Positions 34,004-46,027 of a stretch of 64,000 bases of DNA are shown piece after piece; position 1 is the stretch's first letter; every line of letters begins with the position of its first letter. The position numbers and the translations under genes are program-made. The DNA is from an uncultured Thiothrix sp. (GTDB lineage Bacteria; Pseudomonadota; Gammaproteobacteria; Poriferisulfidales; GCA-002705445), in assembly GCA_902624655.1 (NCBI GenBank), contig CACNYJ010000002.1, positions 69,771 to 133,770 on the forward strand, given 5' to 3'. The notes beneath the pieces are model-generated. The model saw only the letters and a list, made by a program, of their open reading frames with translations, was not told the origin of the DNA and searched no databases.

Positions 34004-36408
34004 TAATCTATTTTTCTCGCTACTTCAATTTTTTGAAAAACTTCGATGTTATCGCCTGGTTTTACATCATTATAGTTCTTTACGGCAATACCACACTCCG
34101 TACCAAGTCGCACTTCTTTGACATCATCTTTGTGCCGCCTTAGAGACTCTAGTTCGCCTTCAAATATAACCACATTTTCTCTCAAAACTCTTATTGGATT
34201 TCCCTTTTTTACAACTCCTTCGATAACTTGGCAGCCTGCAACTGCTCCCATCGCTGAGGATTTAAAAACATCCTTAACCTCAGCTAAGCCTAAAATTTCT
34301 TCTCTAGTCTCAGGTGTCAATAACCCACTCATTCCTGCTTTCACATCATTAATTAGATCATAAATAATGCTGTAATACCTTAAATCAATATTTTTCTCAG
34401 CAACAGTTTTTTTTGCTTGACTATCAGCTCGAACATTAAAACCTAGAATTATTGCATTTGATGCTTCAGCTAGTGCTATATCTGATTCATTAATAGCTCC
34501 TGCAGATGAGCTAATAATTTTAACTTCTACTTCTTCAGTATTTAATTTTGTTAATGAATCGCAAATGGCTTGTGAACTTCCTTGAACATCAGTTTTTAAG
34601 AGTATATTGAATGTTGGTATTTCTCCTTTTTTTAAATTACTAAACATATTATCAAGTGTTGGTGCCTGATATTGTGAAGCAAACTTAGTATCACGTTGTT
34701 TGGTTTTTCTAAATTCTGCTATATCTCGTATTTTTTTATCATTAACTGCTGAAAGAACCTCATCTCCAACCTCAGGGGCGCCAGACAAACCTAAAACAAC
34801 AACTGGTGTCGAAGGAGTCGCTGAACTAACTCTTTTTCCATCTTGGTCTATCATTGCTCTAATTCTACCGAATTCTTTTCCACATAAAATATTGTCGCCT
34901 GTACTCATACAGCCTTTTTGAACAAGCACAGTAGCAGTTGCGCCTTTACCTTTGTCGAGAGCTGATTCTAAAACTACCCCTGTAGCTGATCCTTTAGATA
35001 TCGCTTTTAGCTCTAGTACTTCTGCCATTAAAGATATTGAATCTAATAAGTTGTCGACACCTGTGCCTTCTTTAGCGGAAACCTCTACAAAAATATTCTC
35101 TCCGCCCCATTCTTCTGGAACAATTTCGTATTTTGTAAGTTCAGTCTTGACGTTCTCAACGTTAGCTCCTTCCTTGTCAATTTTATTTACAGCAACAATG
35201 ATTGGAACATTAGCCGCTTTAGAATGTTCTATAGCCTCTATTGTTTGCGGTTTGACTCCGTCATCTGCTGCAACAACAAGAATCACAATATCTGTACAAT
35301 TTGCGCCTCGAGCCCTCATTGAAGTAAATGCTGCATGACCTGGAGTATCAAGAAAAGTCAATAGTCCATGACTAGTTTTAACTTGGTAAGCACCAATATG
35401 CTGTGTTATTCCTCCAGCCTCTCCCGAAGCTACTCTACTTGCTCTTATGTAATCAAGCAAAGATGTTTTTCCATGATCAACATGACCCATAATTGTTATT
35501 GCTGGTGGTCTTTGCTCAAGCTCATACTTTTCCTCAGGTTCAATAGTAAGCAAATTTTTTTCAATATTTTTAAAATCAATAGTGGTAACTTTATGGCCCA
35601 TCTCTTCAATAACTAAAGTTGCAGTATCTTGATCTAGAGTTTCATTTATAGTTGCCATAACACCCATCTTCATTAAGGTTTTGATAACCTCTGCTGATTT
35701 CACAGATATTGAAGATGCAAGCTCAGAAACAGTAATATATTCTCCTAATTCTACAGTATGAATAACAGGTTCTGTTGGCTTTTCAAACTGATGTTTATCA
35801 TCTGTTTTGATTTCCTTAATTTTTTTTTGTGGTTTTTTTCTAACAACTCTATTATCGTCAGATATATGAATTTTTTGTCTTCTTTGTTTTGATTTTATAC
35901 TTGGATTATTTTTTTCTTCATTTACAAATTTTGTTTTTGATTTTTTTCTACGTTTTTTACCTACATCATCATTCGGCTCAACATTATTTTGGATAACTTC
36001 AACTTCATGAACTGGAGTTTCAATATTATTTTCAATATTATTTGTTGCCTCAACATTTTCTAAATCTTCGTCAATGACGCTACCTTTTTTTAAGTCTTCA
36101 TTATTTGATTTTACTTCTACCTTCTCAGTAACTTGGTTATTGACTTTAGAAAAAACTCTTTTTTTTCTAACAATTGTGTTTGTTTTATTATTTTTCTTGG
36201 TATCTTTTTCTTTTATTTTCGTGGTACTTATTTTTTCCTTTTTACTCTGTGAACTTCTAACGTAATTTAGTAATTGCATTTTTTCTTCGTCGCTTATTAA
36301 ATCACTTTCATTTTTCTTTTTTACACCTGCAAGCTCTAATTGATCAATTAAACGATTAACTGATAAACCTACTGTTTTCGAAAACTCTTTTATAGTGATA
36401 TCAGACAT
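34003..36408 (-). CDS. infB: Translation initiation factor IF-2
   Basis: 801 aa with a Lys/Glu-rich N-region and a GTPase domain ([21 protein letters not shown]). Confidence 0.95.
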   Translation of the reverse strand: MSDITIKEFSKTVGLSVNRLIDQLELAGVKKKNESDLISDEEKMQLLNYVRSSQSKKEKISTTKIKEKDTKKNNKTNTIVRKKRVFSKVNNQVTEKVEVKSNNEDLKKGSVIDEDLENVEATNNIENNIETPVHEVEVIQNNVEPNDDVGKKRRKKSKTKFVNEEKNNPSIKSKQRRQKIHISDDNRVVRKKPQKKIKEIKTDDKHQFEKPTEPVIHTVELGEYITVSELASSISVKSAEVIKTLMKMGVMATINETLDQDTATLVIEEMGHKVTTIDFKNIEKNLLTIEPEEKYELEQRPPAITIMGHVDHGKTSLLDYIRASRVASGEAGGITQHIGAYQVKTSHGLLTFLDTPGHAAFTSMRARGANCTDIVILVVAADDGVKPQTIEAIEHSKAANVPIIVAVNKIDKEGANVENVKTELTKYEIVPEEWGGENIFVEVSAKEGTGVDNLLDSISLMAEVLELKAISKGSATGVVLESALDKGKGATATVLVQKGCMSTGDNILCGKEFGRIRAMIDQDGKRVSSATPSTPVVVLGLSGAPEVGDEVLSAVNDKKIRDIAEFRKTKQRDTKFASQYQAPTLDNMFSNLKKGEIPTFNILLKTDVQGSSQAICDSLTKLNTEEVEVKIISSSAGAINESDIALAEASNAIILGFNVRADSQAKKTVAEKNIDLRYYSIIYDLINDVKAGMSGLLTPETREEILGLAEVKDVFKSSAMGAVAGCQVIEGVVKKGNPIRVLRENVVIFEGELESLRRHKDDVKEVRLGTECGIAVKNYNDVKPGDNIEVFQKIEVARKID

Positions 36409-36413
36409 TTTTT

Positions 36414-37907
36414 TTATTTTCCCTCGAACAATGGAGCTCTTGCAGTCATTATAAGTTTCCCAGCAAGATCCTCAGTCATATTTTTAATTGGCATTAACTC
36501 ATCAACAGACTGATCAGCTAAATCATCTATAGTGATTATCCCTCTGCAAGCTAATTCAAACGCTAAATCATTAGTCATACCGTCCATTTCGAGAAGTGCT
36601 TTGGATGGCTCTGCATCCATATTTAATGATTCAGGATTTATTGCTTGCTTTAATAAATAGTCGCGCGCTTTATTTCTTATTTCTTCGACTATGTTTTCAT
36701 CAAGAGCTTCTATTTCTGACATATCTTTTGGGGGAGCATAAGCAATTTCGTCTACACTCGAGAAACCTTCTTGAGCAAGTACTAGAGCAACCTTTGAATC
36801 TATCTCTAAATATTTGACAAAGTTTTCACTAATTATTTGAGTCTCAACCTCGCTCTTTTCATCAACTTGACCTTCGGTCATAACATTTAAATCCCAACCA
36901 GTTAGTTGGCTTGCCAACTTAACGTTTTGGCCACCTCTGCCAATAGCTTGAGAAAGTTTTTCTTCTTCAACAGCAATATCCATACTTTTTGATTCATCAT
37001 CCATAACAATTGACAAAACAGTTGCTGGAGACATAGCATTTATTACAAATTGAGCAGGATTTTCATCCCATAGAATTATATCTATTCGTTCTCCAGCTAT
37101 CTCGTTAGATACTGATTGAACCCTCGATCCTCTCATGCCGACACAAGCGCCAACTGGGTCCAGTCTGGGATCATTTGATTTAACAGATATCTTAGCTCGA
37201 ACCCCTGGGTCTCTTGCAGCACTTAGAATTTCTATTAAATCCTGTCCAACTTCAGGTACTTCCAAGCTAAATAACTTTATCAAAAAATCAGGGTGTGTTC
37301 TTGATAAGAATAGTTGTGGGCCTTTTGACTCAGCCCTTACTTCTTTTAAGTATGCTCTAATTCTATCTCCATTTCTTATCGCCTCTCTAGGAATTAAATC
37401 TTCCTTCTCGATAAAACCCTCGGTATTATTTCCTAAATCTACTAAAACGCCATTATGCTCAACTCTTTTTACGATTCCCATAATTAATTCGCCAACTTTA
37501 TTTTCATAAGATTCAACTACTCTTAATCTTTCGGCCTCACGAACTTTTTGAACAATTACCTGTTTCGCAGTATGAGCGGCGATCCTCCCAAATGGTACTG
37601 AATCAATCTCCTCTTCTATCGAATCTCCAATTTCTATCTCATTGTGTTGTTTGGTCGCATAAGCATGAAGAATTTGCGAGTCGGGTGAAGTAAACTCAGG
37701 ATCATCATCCGATAACACTGTCCATCTTCTATAGGTTTTATAGTCACCTGTTGTTCTATCAATCGATACTCTCACATCAACTTCTTTTGAATATTTTTTT
37801 CTTGTAGCTGTTGCTAGCGCAATTTCAATAGCGTTAAAAATGATTTCTTTATCAACTCCTTTTTCATTGGATACAGAATCAACTACATTTAAAATTTCTT
37901 TACTCAT
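36414..37907 (-). CDS. nusA: Transcription termination/antitermination factor NusA
   Basis: 497 aa with S1, two KH domains and C-terminal acidic repeats. Confidence 0.95.
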   Translation of the reverse strand: MSKEILNVVDSVSNEKGVDKEIIFNAIEIALATATRKKYSKEVDVRVSIDRTTGDYKTYRRWTVLSDDDPEFTSPDSQILHAYATKQHNEIEIGDSIEEEIDSVPFGRIAAHTAKQVIVQKVREAERLRVVESYENKVGELIMGIVKRVEHNGVLVDLGNNTEGFIEKEDLIPREAIRNGDRIRAYLKEVRAESKGPQLFLSRTHPDFLIKLFSLEVPEVGQDLIEILSAARDPGVRAKISVKSNDPRLDPVGACVGMRGSRVQSVSNEIAGERIDIILWDENPAQFVINAMSPATVLSIVMDDESKSMDIAVEEEKLSQAIGRGGQNVKLASQLTGWDLNVMTEGQVDEKSEVETQIISENFVKYLEIDSKVALVLAQEGFSSVDEIAYAPPKDMSEIEALDENIVEEIRNKARDYLLKQAINPESLNMDAEPSKALLEMDGMTNDLAFELACRGIITIDDLADQSVDELMPIKNMTEDLAGKLIMTARAPLFEGK

Positions 37908-37922
37908 ATAAATCTCTCCGGA

Positions 37923-38363
37923 TTATGTGTTAAGTCTAGCGCTATCTATTGAATCATATCTAATCTCAAAAATTTCCTCATTTACGTCTAATATAATATG
38001 GTCAGTTTCAACATTTTTTATGATTCCTTTTAAATTTTTACGATTATTTACTAGCCATTTAAGTTTTACTTTAATATTTTCATTTATATATTTTTTAAAA
38101 TGTTCTTTTGTAATAAGAACTCTATCCAGCCCAGGTGAAGAAACCTCAAGAATATAATTTACATCAAAAATTTTTTTTGTATCAAGCATATGGGTTGTTT
38201 GATTACTAACTTTTGCGCAGTCATCAACATTGATACCCTTTTCTTTATCTATATACAAAGTAAGCTTTACAGAATTACTCTGTTGTGAAAAATTTAAACC
38301 CCAAAAGTCATATCCCATTGTTGAAACTAACGATTCTAATAATTCTGTAACTTCTTCTCTCAA
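37923..38363 (-). CDS. rimP: Ribosome maturation factor RimP
   Basis: 146 aa. Conserved position upstream of nusA. Confidence 0.85.
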   Translation of the reverse strand: MREEVTELLESLVSTMGYDFWGLNFSQQSNSVKLTLYIDKEKGINVDDCAKVSNQTTHMLDTKKIFDVNYILEVSSPGLDRVLITKEHFKKYINENIKVKLKWLVNNRKNLKGIIKNVETDHIILDVNEEIFEIRYDSIDSARLNT

Positions 38364-38405
38364 ACTTATTCACCTATATTATTTTGTCAAATTTCTTCCC
38401 TAGAC

Positions 38406-38426
38406 GAAAAAAACCCCATTAAGGGG
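38406..38426 (-). terminator. Rho-independent terminator/attenuator hairpin (CCCC-ttaat-GGGG followed by T6 on the minus strand) between tRNA-fMet and rimP
   Basis: Forward strand shows an A-run then CCCCATTAAGGGG. On the transcribed strand the stem is followed by TTTTTT. Confidence 0.5.
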
Positions 38427-38429
38427 CCT

Positions 38430-38454
38430 AAAAAAACCCTAATTAATAGGGTTT
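38430..38454 (-). terminator. Second tandem Rho-independent terminator hairpin (7-bp stem AAACCCT/AGGGTTT, 7-nt loop, T-run on the minus strand)
   Basis: The palindrome AAACCCTAATTAATAGGGTTT is followed on the transcribed strand by a T-run. Confidence 0.45.
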
Positions 38455-38588
38455 GTAAGTCAAAAAATTTACACTAACAAGTATATTTTGGAATGCTTAA
38501 AACATCAACATATTTTAGAAATTTTAATGAAAATCAACTACTTTTAGCTTATTTTTATTAAATATGTTTATACTTAAAGTCTAAAAGT

Positions 38589-38665
<77 letters not shown>

Positions 38666-38701
38666 CTTTTGTATGGATTTTACTTACAGAACTATAATTT
38701 A

Positions 38702-40135
38702 TCAAGTCAGTATCGCGAAAAGATAACTGAACACAAAATCTGGAAAAATAAAAATTGCAATTATTAAAAGTGGGATAATCGACAAAATGATCAAATTTAT
38801 CGTTCCACTTGATTTAACTAGACTATTAAAACCCTTCTCAAAAAACATGAACCAAATAACTCTTAAATAATAATATAAGCCTATAACTGTTAATAAAACA
38901 ACGATTACAGCGGTAATTATCATGTCTTGGTCAACAAGTGCGTCTAGAACAAGATATTTAGCATAAAAACCTATTGTCAGTGGAATGCCGGCTGTTGATA
39001 AAAGAGTTATCATAAATAATACGGAAATTAATCCAGATTTTGATGATAAACCTTTAAGATCTTTAATATAAACGACATCAAATTTATTTGAGGAAATAAA
39101 TGTAATGATAGATATTGCTGATACAGTTGTAACCGTATATGTAATTACGTAAAAAGCCGCTACGGAAAAGTTAAATTCTAAGGAGGCAAATATGGCCAAA
39201 AATATGAAACCTGAATTAGCAACTCCAGAGTATGCAAGCATTCTCATTATTTTTTGCTGAGCTAAAGCATACATATTTCCAATGAAAATTGAAAATATCC
39301 CTAAATATAAAATAAACTTGGAAAAGTTATCATCATATAAGATTTGATTATCATTTAAAAAACGATAAGCAAAAATAAAAAATGCAATTTTTGGTATTGA
39401 TGCAATAAAATTTGTGATTGGTAGAGGGGCACCCTCGTAAACATCAGGAAGCCACATATGAAATGGTGCTACTGCAAATTTAAATGCCACCCCAATAAAA
39501 ACAAGTATATAGGAGAAAAGATATAGATTTGATAATTCATTATTAGACAAATAGTTTGCTATTTCATTAATCATAAGCGAATTTGTTATCCCATATAAAT
39601 AAGAAAAACCAAATAAAATTAAGGCTGAGGCAATAATACTTAAAACAAAATATTTTATGGCAGCCTCTCCTGAAATAAGACTAGTTCGGTTTAATGCTAT
39701 TAGCGAGTATAGACTTAAAGAAGATAGCTCGATACCAAGGAAAAGAGTAATCAAGTTATTTGCTGAAATTATTATTAAACATCCAATCAAAGCGAATAAG
39801 AGTAATGAATAAAATTCGCCCGAAATTAATTCTTTATCTCTTAGATATTTCTGCGAAATTAAGATTTGTATTAAAAAAACTATGTAACAAATAATTTTAA
39901 AAAACTCTGTGACATTACTTTTAATTAAAGAGTCATTGAATATGAAAACAGAATCGTCTGTATAAGCAAAAAAGCTTAATAACATTGCAATTATAGTAGA
40001 TACTATTGTTATATTAATAACATGTTTTTTTAATGACTTGAAAATTCCAGCTAAGAGAATAGTCATTGCCATAAAAAATAAAAATATTTCAGGCGCAAAA
40101 TTAGATAAACTCATCAATGTATCATTCAGATTCAT
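38702..40135 (-). CDS. nuoN: NADH-quinone oxidoreductase subunit N
   Basis: 477 aa polytopic antiporter-like subunit. Last gene of a contiguous nuoA-N operon. Confidence 0.9.
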   Translation of the reverse strand: MNLNDTLMSLSNFAPEIFLFFMAMTILLAGIFKSLKKHVINITIVSTIIAMLLSFFAYTDDSVFIFNDSLIKSNVTEFFKIICYIVFLIQILISQKYLRDKELISGEFYSLLLFALIGCLIIISANNLITLFLGIELSSLSLYSLIALNRTSLISGEAAIKYFVLSIIASALILFGFSYLYGITNSLMINEIANYLSNNELSNLYLFSYILVFIGVAFKFAVAPFHMWLPDVYEGAPLPITNFIASIPKIAFFIFAYRFLNDNQILYDDNFSKFILYLGIFSIFIGNMYALAQQKIMRMLAYSGVANSGFIFLAIFASLEFNFSVAAFYVITYTVTTVSAISIITFISSNKFDVVYIKDLKGLSSKSGLISVLFMITLLSTAGIPLTIGFYAKYLVLDALVDQDMIITAVIVVLLTVIGLYYYLRVIWFMFFEKGFNSLVKSSGTINLIILSIIPLLIIAIFIFPDFVFSYLFAILT

Positions 40136-41631
40136 ATTTTTAAAATTATATTATTTGTCAAATTTTGTAAGGTAATATTCATATAAGTCATCATATAATC
40201 AGGATAGATGCCGAGAATTAAAACTATTAAAGCTAGTGAGAAAAGTATAATTTTCTCTAGAAAGTTTGCGTCAATATCATTGTTCAAGCCCGCCTTTAAT
40301 TCACCATAGATTACTCTTTTTACTAACCACAGTGAATAGACAGCTGATATTATTAAAGTCGAAGACGCAAGAAAAGCAAAAATAAAGCTTGTTTTAAAAG
40401 ATGCAAGTATAATTAATAATTCACCTACGAAACTGGATGTTCCTGGTAAACCGCAATTTGCTAAAGCAAAAAAAACAAAAAACCAGCTATAAACTGGCAT
40501 CTGATTTAATAATCCACTTAGATCAGATATTTTTTTTGTCTTATATCTATCATATATTGAACCAACACAAATGAATAAAGCGGCTGAAACAAAGCCGTGA
40601 GATATAATTTGATACATGCTCCCAGAAAGACTTACTACAATATCATTTTGTATTTTTGTACTGTCAAATAATTGAAAAATTAAAAAGAAACCAAGAGTCA
40701 CAAAACCCATGTGTGATATAGATGAATAAGCAATTAATTTTTTCATATCATTTTGAGTTATAGCTACAATTCCAACATAAACTATTGCAATTAAAGACAA
40801 AATTATAAAAAACATATCAAGTGAAGAGGCTCCCAAAGGGACCACCGGTAAGACATATCTAATAAATCCATAAGCACCAACTTTTAACAATATAGCGGCT
40901 AAAACGACAGATCCAGAAGTAGGAGCCTCGACATGAGCATCAGGAAGCCATGTATGAAAGGGAAACATTGGTATTTTTATAGCGAAAGCTATTGCCATAG
41001 CTATAAACAACCATTCTTGTTCAATTAGCGAAAAATTAGATTCGTAAAAAGATAAAACATTAAATGAAGAAATCGAAGAGTTTATATATAAGAAAGCAAT
41101 TAGTAAAAGAATAGAGCCCAAGAATGTATATATAAAAAATTTAATTGAGGCATAAATCCTATTAGCACCGCCCCATATTCCTATAATCAAGAACATAGGA
41201 ATTAATAATGCTTCAAAAAATATATAAAATAGAATTGCGTCTAATGCTGAAAAAACACCAATTGTTAATCCATTCGCTAGAAGAAAACTAGCATAATACT
41301 GGTTTCGATTTTTAAGATTGAGTGTAGAATTATATAAAGAAACAATCAAAAATATGATTGTATTGAGAAAAATTAATAATACCGAAATCGCATCAACACC
41401 AAGAAAATAATATATATTAAGTGAGGGTATCCAATTGGTATTTTCTATAAATTGAAAATTCGTCGAAGTTTGATTATAGCTATTTAACAAAATCAATGAT
41501 AAGAAGAAAACTATAAAATTTATAATTATATTAAGAAAATTTAGAACAGCATCATTTCTTTTGTAAAATAAAATCATTAATCCAGATATTATTGGTAACC
41601 ATATTAAAAAAGATAAAATATTATTAATCAT
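40132..41631 (-). CDS. nuoM: NADH-quinone oxidoreductase subunit M
   Basis: 499 aa antiporter-like subunit. Operon position. Confidence 0.9.
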   Translation of the reverse strand: MINNILSFLIWLPIISGLMILFYKRNDAVLNFLNIIINFIVFFLSLILLNSYNQTSTNFQFIENTNWIPSLNIYYFLGVDAISVLLIFLNTIIFLIVSLYNSTLNLKNRNQYYASFLLANGLTIGVFSALDAILFYIFFEALLIPMFLIIGIWGGANRIYASIKFFIYTFLGSILLLIAFLYINSSISSFNVLSFYESNFSLIEQEWLFIAMAIAFAIKIPMFPFHTWLPDAHVEAPTSGSVVLAAILLKVGAYGFIRYVLPVVPLGASSLDMFFIILSLIAIVYVGIVAITQNDMKKLIAYSSISHMGFVTLGFFLIFQLFDSTKIQNDIVVSLSGSMYQIISHGFVSAALFICVGSIYDRYKTKKISDLSGLLNQMPVYSWFFVFFALANCGLPGTSSFVGELLIILASFKTSFIFAFLASSTLIISAVYSLWLVKRVIYGELKAGLNNDIDANFLEKIILFSLALIVLILGIYPDYMMTYMNITLQNLTNNIILKI

Positions 41632-43538
41632 AGTACCCTCGCTAATATAATTCCAAAAATTACTACAAGTGAAAAGACAATTAAAAATGCATAGTGGTAT
41701 AGATAACCACTACTTACACTTTTAAAATAAGTAGATAATTTATTAATTTTTCTTGGCAATCCGTTAACAATGAAGCTATCAATAATCTTAATATCAAATT
41801 TTGTTGCTGCAAAATAAGATGTTGCTTTCATAAAATCGGAACAATTTAAAAAGAATTCATCAAATTTATATTTTGATTTAATAATCATTGATATTTTTTT
41901 GAAATACTTATTTGATAAAAAAGATATTTCTTTATTATCTAAGTAAAGATGTTTCGCAATAAAAAATCCAGCAATTAAGGTAACGGAAGCAGGTGATAAA
42001 ACACCGTGCGAGATAAATGGTAATAAGCCTTCGTAATGTATCTCTTTTACTCCAAACATAAAAATTGGAAGCTCAACAAATGTGTGTATCACAAACCCTG
42101 ATATTAAGGAAAGAGTGGCTAAGATTATAAGGGGCGACAAAATAACAAAGGATTCTTCATGAATTTTCTTGATATCCCCTCCTCTATAAGTTCCATAAAA
42201 CACAATAAATATTAGTCTTAGCGAATATACAGTAGTAACTAACGCCCCAATTAAAAGTAATATATAAACAAAAAATGATAAATCTGTATTTTCATAAAGC
42301 ATTACTTCTAATATAAGATCCTTTGAAAAAAACCCTGAAGTTAGCGGAAAACCAATAATACATAGTGTGCCAACCAAAAAACAGAAATGTGTTATGGGCA
42401 ATCTTTTTCTTAAGCCGCCCATTTTTGTAATGTCTTGATTATGATGAAGCGACATAATAACTGATCCTGCGCATAAGAATAGTAAGGCCTTAAAAAAAGC
42501 ATGTGTATATAAATGAAAAAATGATACCGTATATGCATTTATTCCTAAGGCAGATACCATATAGCCTAACTGTGAGATTGTTGAATAAGCAATTACTTTT
42601 TTAATGTCATTATCGAAAATTGCAATTACGCCTATAAAGAGTGCAGTTAACGCCCCAATTATCAGTATAAAGTCCGTTGTGACTTCTGCATAAATATAAA
42701 CTGGGGATAATCTTGCAACCATAAATATCCCAGCAGTTACCATTGTTGCCGCATGAATTAGTGCAGAAATAGGTGTTGGTCCTTCCATTGAGTCTGGCAA
42801 CCAAACGTGTAATGGAATTTGTGCAGACTTTGCCATTGCGCCTATAAATAAAAAGAAACAGGCAATATCTATGTAATTGAAACCGTAATAATATTCTAAA
42901 TTGCTAATATCGACTAATTTTAGATTTGAAAACATTGTCTTGTAATCAAAGGAATCTAACAAGACAAAAATCATTATTATTCCAATTATAAAAAACATGT
43001 CCCCTATTCTATTAATAAGAAAAGCTTTTAGGTTTGCTTTAATTGCAGATTCTTTTTTGTAAAAGAATCCTATCAATAGATAAGAAACTAAACCAACTCC
43101 CTCCCATCCAATAAATAATTGAATAAGATTATTTGACATAACTAATAAAATCATGGAGAAAGTAAATAAAGCAATATAAGAAAAAAATCTTTTGAAATCT
43201 TTCTCGTCTCTCATATAACCAATGCTATAAACATGAACAACAAACGAAATCAGAAGAACAACAACCATCATCATAGCTGAAAGCTTATCAATTAAGTAAC
43301 CCATGCCAATATTTAATCCGCTAATCGATATCCATTGGTAGAAATCATCATAAAGAATACTGTTCTCGTTTGTGAAAGAATAGTAAAAGATAACTAAAGA
43401 AAAAATAAAAGAAATAAAAACTAATATCGAGCTAATAATACCTGCATTTATATTGGTTAATTTACTGGAAGAAAATCCCATAACTGCTGAGCTTAAAACT
43501 AGCAATATTGGTATACTAATTATTAAATTTTCCAACAT
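41628..43538 (-). CDS. nuoL: NADH-quinone oxidoreductase subunit L
   Basis: 636 aa antiporter-like subunit with the long C-terminal helix region. Confidence 0.9.
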   Translation of the reverse strand: MLENLIISIPILLVLSSAVMGFSSSKLTNINAGIISSILVFISFIFSLVIFYYSFTNENSILYDDFYQWISISGLNIGMGYLIDKLSAMMMVVVLLISFVVHVYSIGYMRDEKDFKRFFSYIALFTFSMILLVMSNNLIQLFIGWEGVGLVSYLLIGFFYKKESAIKANLKAFLINRIGDMFFIIGIIMIFVLLDSFDYKTMFSNLKLVDISNLEYYYGFNYIDIACFFLFIGAMAKSAQIPLHVWLPDSMEGPTPISALIHAATMVTAGIFMVARLSPVYIYAEVTTDFILIIGALTALFIGVIAIFDNDIKKVIAYSTISQLGYMVSALGINAYTVSFFHLYTHAFFKALLFLCAGSVIMSLHHNQDITKMGGLRKRLPITHFCFLVGTLCIIGFPLTSGFFSKDLILEVMLYENTDLSFFVYILLLIGALVTTVYSLRLIFIVFYGTYRGGDIKKIHEESFVILSPLIILATLSLISGFVIHTFVELPIFMFGVKEIHYEGLLPFISHGVLSPASVTLIAGFFIAKHLYLDNKEISFLSNKYFKKISMIIKSKYKFDEFFLNCSDFMKATSYFAATKFDIKIIDSFIVNGLPRKINKLSTYFKSVSSGYLYHYAFLIVFSLVVIFGIILARVL

Positions 43539-43540
43539 TT

Positions 43541-43846
43541 TTATCCCTTCAATTTATTGATTAGATTAATTTCCAAAGAATTTCTAGCTCTAAATAAAGA
43601 TACAATTATTGCTAAACCGATAGCAGATTCTGCTGCTGCAACAGCAAGAATAAAGAAAACAAAAACTTGGCCAGTAATGTCATTACTATAGTTAGAAAAA
43701 ATTATAAAATTCGTATTTACGGACAAAAGCATTAATTCTATTGACATTAACAATAGGAGAATATTTTTTCTATTTATAAATATTCCTGCAACACTAATAC
43801 AAAAAAGCAATGCACTAAAAACAAGATAATGAGTCATAGTGATCAT
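43541..43846 (-). CDS. nuoK: NADH-quinone oxidoreductase subunit K
   Basis: 101 aa, three-helix membrane subunit. Confidence 0.9.
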   Translation of the reverse strand: MITMTHYLVFSALLFCISVAGIFINRKNILLLLMSIELMLLSVNTNFIIFSNYSNDITGQVFVFFILAVAAAESAIGLAIIVSLFRARNSLEINLINKLKG

Positions 43847-44427
43847 AATTCGTCATCCTTTAAAATTTTAAGTCTTTTTTCCTTTGTTTCTAATATTTGT
43901 TTTCCAGGATCTTGTCTCAGCGCTCTTTGTCTATCTGTCATATTTATTGCAATTGCTGCTATAATTGCAACTAGTAAAATAAAAGCAGTAACCTCAAAAG
44001 AAAAAATATGCTCTGTAAATAGTAATAAGCCTATTTCGTAGGTATTACTTGTATTTTTATTAACAATTTCAACAGTGGAATTTTGAAAATCATGGTAAAA
44101 AATTACCAAATAAAGTTCCGCGAACATTATTGCAGATATAGTAACTGAAAATAATAGATAAAGTTTTTTACTAACCGTTTTCTTTACTTGAATGTCAAGT
44201 AACATTATTACAAACAAAAAAAGAACAAGTACAGCACCAACATATACTAATACTAATACAATCGCTAAAAATTCTGCATTCATCATCAGCCACAAAACTG
44301 CGGTGTTGAAAAAAATTAGAACTAATAAAAGTGCTGCGTGAACAGTGTTATTTACGATAATAAGACCGATAGAAGATATGATAACTACTGAGGTTACCAA
44401 ATAAAATAAAATTGAGATTATATCCAT
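43843..44427 (-). CDS. nuoJ: NADH-quinone oxidoreductase subunit J
   Basis: 194 aa membrane subunit. Operon position. Confidence 0.85.
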   Translation of the reverse strand: MDIISILFYLVTSVVIISSIGLIIVNNTVHAALLLVLIFFNTAVLWLMMNAEFLAIVLVLVYVGAVLVLFLFVIMLLDIQVKKTVSKKLYLLFSVTISAIMFAELYLVIFYHDFQNSTVEIVNKNTSNTYEIGLLLFTEHIFSFEVTAFILLVAIIAAIAINMTDRQRALRQDPGKQILETKEKRLKILKDDEL

Positions 44428-44432
44428 TATTA

Positions 44433-44915
44433 TTAGTTTCTCTGTGCTTTTGCTGCTTGATCAACTGAAATTTCTTCTTCAAATCTCTCGCCAATTTTTA
44501 ACAAATCTCCCTTTTGTAAAATATTTTCGCCTCTATCCTCAAAATGATATTCAAATATTCTTGTTTCAACAATCGCATCTACTGGGCATGCTTCCTCACA
44601 AAATCCGCAAAAGATGCACTTAAACAAATCGATATCATACCTTGTTGTTCTTCTAGTTCCATCGTTTCTTTCTTCAGTGTCAATGTTAATCGCAAGTGCT
44701 GGGCAAACTGCTTCACATAATTTACAACCTATACATCTTTCCTCTCCACTAGGATATCTTCTTAAGGCATGAAGTCCCCTGAATCTTGGCGACTGCGGAG
44801 CTTTTTCAAAAGGATAATGTAAAGTTGATTTCTTCTTAAACATATTGCTAAATGTTACTTTCATTCCGAGAAGTAACTCATAAAGAAAAAAACTTTTTAA
44901 ATAATTTTTTAACAT
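44433..44915 (-). CDS. nuoI: NADH-quinone oxidoreductase subunit I
   Basis: Two 4Fe-4S motifs, [12 protein letters not shown] and [12 protein letters not shown]. Confidence 0.95.
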   Translation of the reverse strand: MLKNYLKSFFLYELLLGMKVTFSNMFKKKSTLHYPFEKAPQSPRFRGLHALRRYPSGEERCIGCKLCEAVCPALAINIDTEERNDGTRRTTRYDIDLFKCIFCGFCEEACPVDAIVETRIFEYHFEDRGENILQKGDLLKIGERFEEEISVDQAAKAQRN

Positions 44916-44923
44916 CTATGTCT

Positions 44924-46027
44924 CTAATTAAACCAAGGGCCAATTTTATAATGGATAAATAGCATTTCTACAAATATCCATACTAAAGTTAAAGGAATCA
45001 AAATTTTCCAACCTAATCTCATTATTTGATCGTATCTATATCTTGGGAAAGTAGCTCTAAACCAAATAAAACAGAACATAAAAAATAATGTTTTTAAAAT
45101 AAACCAGTGAATACCATCGTTTATAAAAAATAATATTATGTTATTGGTAAAATCGTTTACGGCAAAGGTACCCAAAGACTCGACCGAAAAAGGCGAAAGC
45201 CATCCTCCAAAAAACAATATTGCTGTTAAGGCTGAAATTAAAATCATATTTGCATATTCTGCTATAAAAAAAACTGCAAAACCCATTCCAGAATACTCGA
45301 CATGAAAGCCCGCAACTAATTCTGATTCTCCTTCAGCGACATCAAATGGTGCTCTGTTTGTCTCTGCAACACCAGCAATAAAGTAAATAATAAATAATGG
45401 AAATAATGGAACCCAAAGCCAATTAAAAAAACTTCCTTTTTGAATACTAATAATATCACCAAGATTTAAACTTCCAGAGACCATGATAACGCCAACTAAC
45501 GAAAAGCCCATTGCAATTTCATAAGCAATTATTAATGCTGCTGATCGCATAGCGCCTAACAATGCATATTTTGAGTTTGAAGCCCAACCAGCAATTATAA
45601 TTCCATATATACCAAGCGATGTCATTGCTAATATATATAAAAGGCCTGCATTTATATCAGAAAGAACAAGCACGCTATCAAAAGGAATCACGGCCCAAGC
45701 TGCAAATGCAACAGTAAAAGTAATTATTGGTGCTAATAGGAATAAAAACTTATTTGAATCAGTTGGAATTACTATTTCTTTAAAAAATAATTTAACACCA
45801 TCAGCGAAAGGCTGTAATAAACCTTTTGGCCCAACAACATTTGGTCCGAGACGACCCTGCATTGACGCAATAATTTTTCTTTCTGCATAAGTATAATAAG
45901 CCACAAGGATTAAAAGTGGAACCATGATCATTGTAATTAATATCAGAGTATATGGAAGTATGCTTAATCCATTAAAATAAGCTAATAAAATATTAAAATA
46001 ATTAACTATATAATCAAACATTTTCAA
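44924..46027 (-). CDS. nuoH: NADH-quinone oxidoreductase subunit H
   Basis: 367 aa polytopic ND1 homologue. Confidence 0.9.
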   Translation of the reverse strand: MKMFDYIVNYFNILLAYFNGLSILPYTLILITMIMVPLLILVAYYTYAERKIIASMQGRLGPNVVGPKGLLQPFADGVKLFFKEIVIPTDSNKFLFLLAPIITFTVAFAAWAVIPFDSVLVLSDINAGLLYILAMTSLGIYGIIIAGWASNSKYALLGAMRSAALIIAYEIAMGFSLVGVIMVSGSLNLGDIISIQKGSFFNWLWVPLFPLFIIYFIAGVAETNRAPFDVAEGESELVAGFHVEYSGMGFAVFFIAEYANMILISALTAILFFGGWLSPFSVESLGTFAVNDFTNNIILFFINDGIHWFILKTLFFMFCFIWFRATFPRYRYDQIMRLGWKILIPLTLVWIFVEMLFIHYKIGPWFN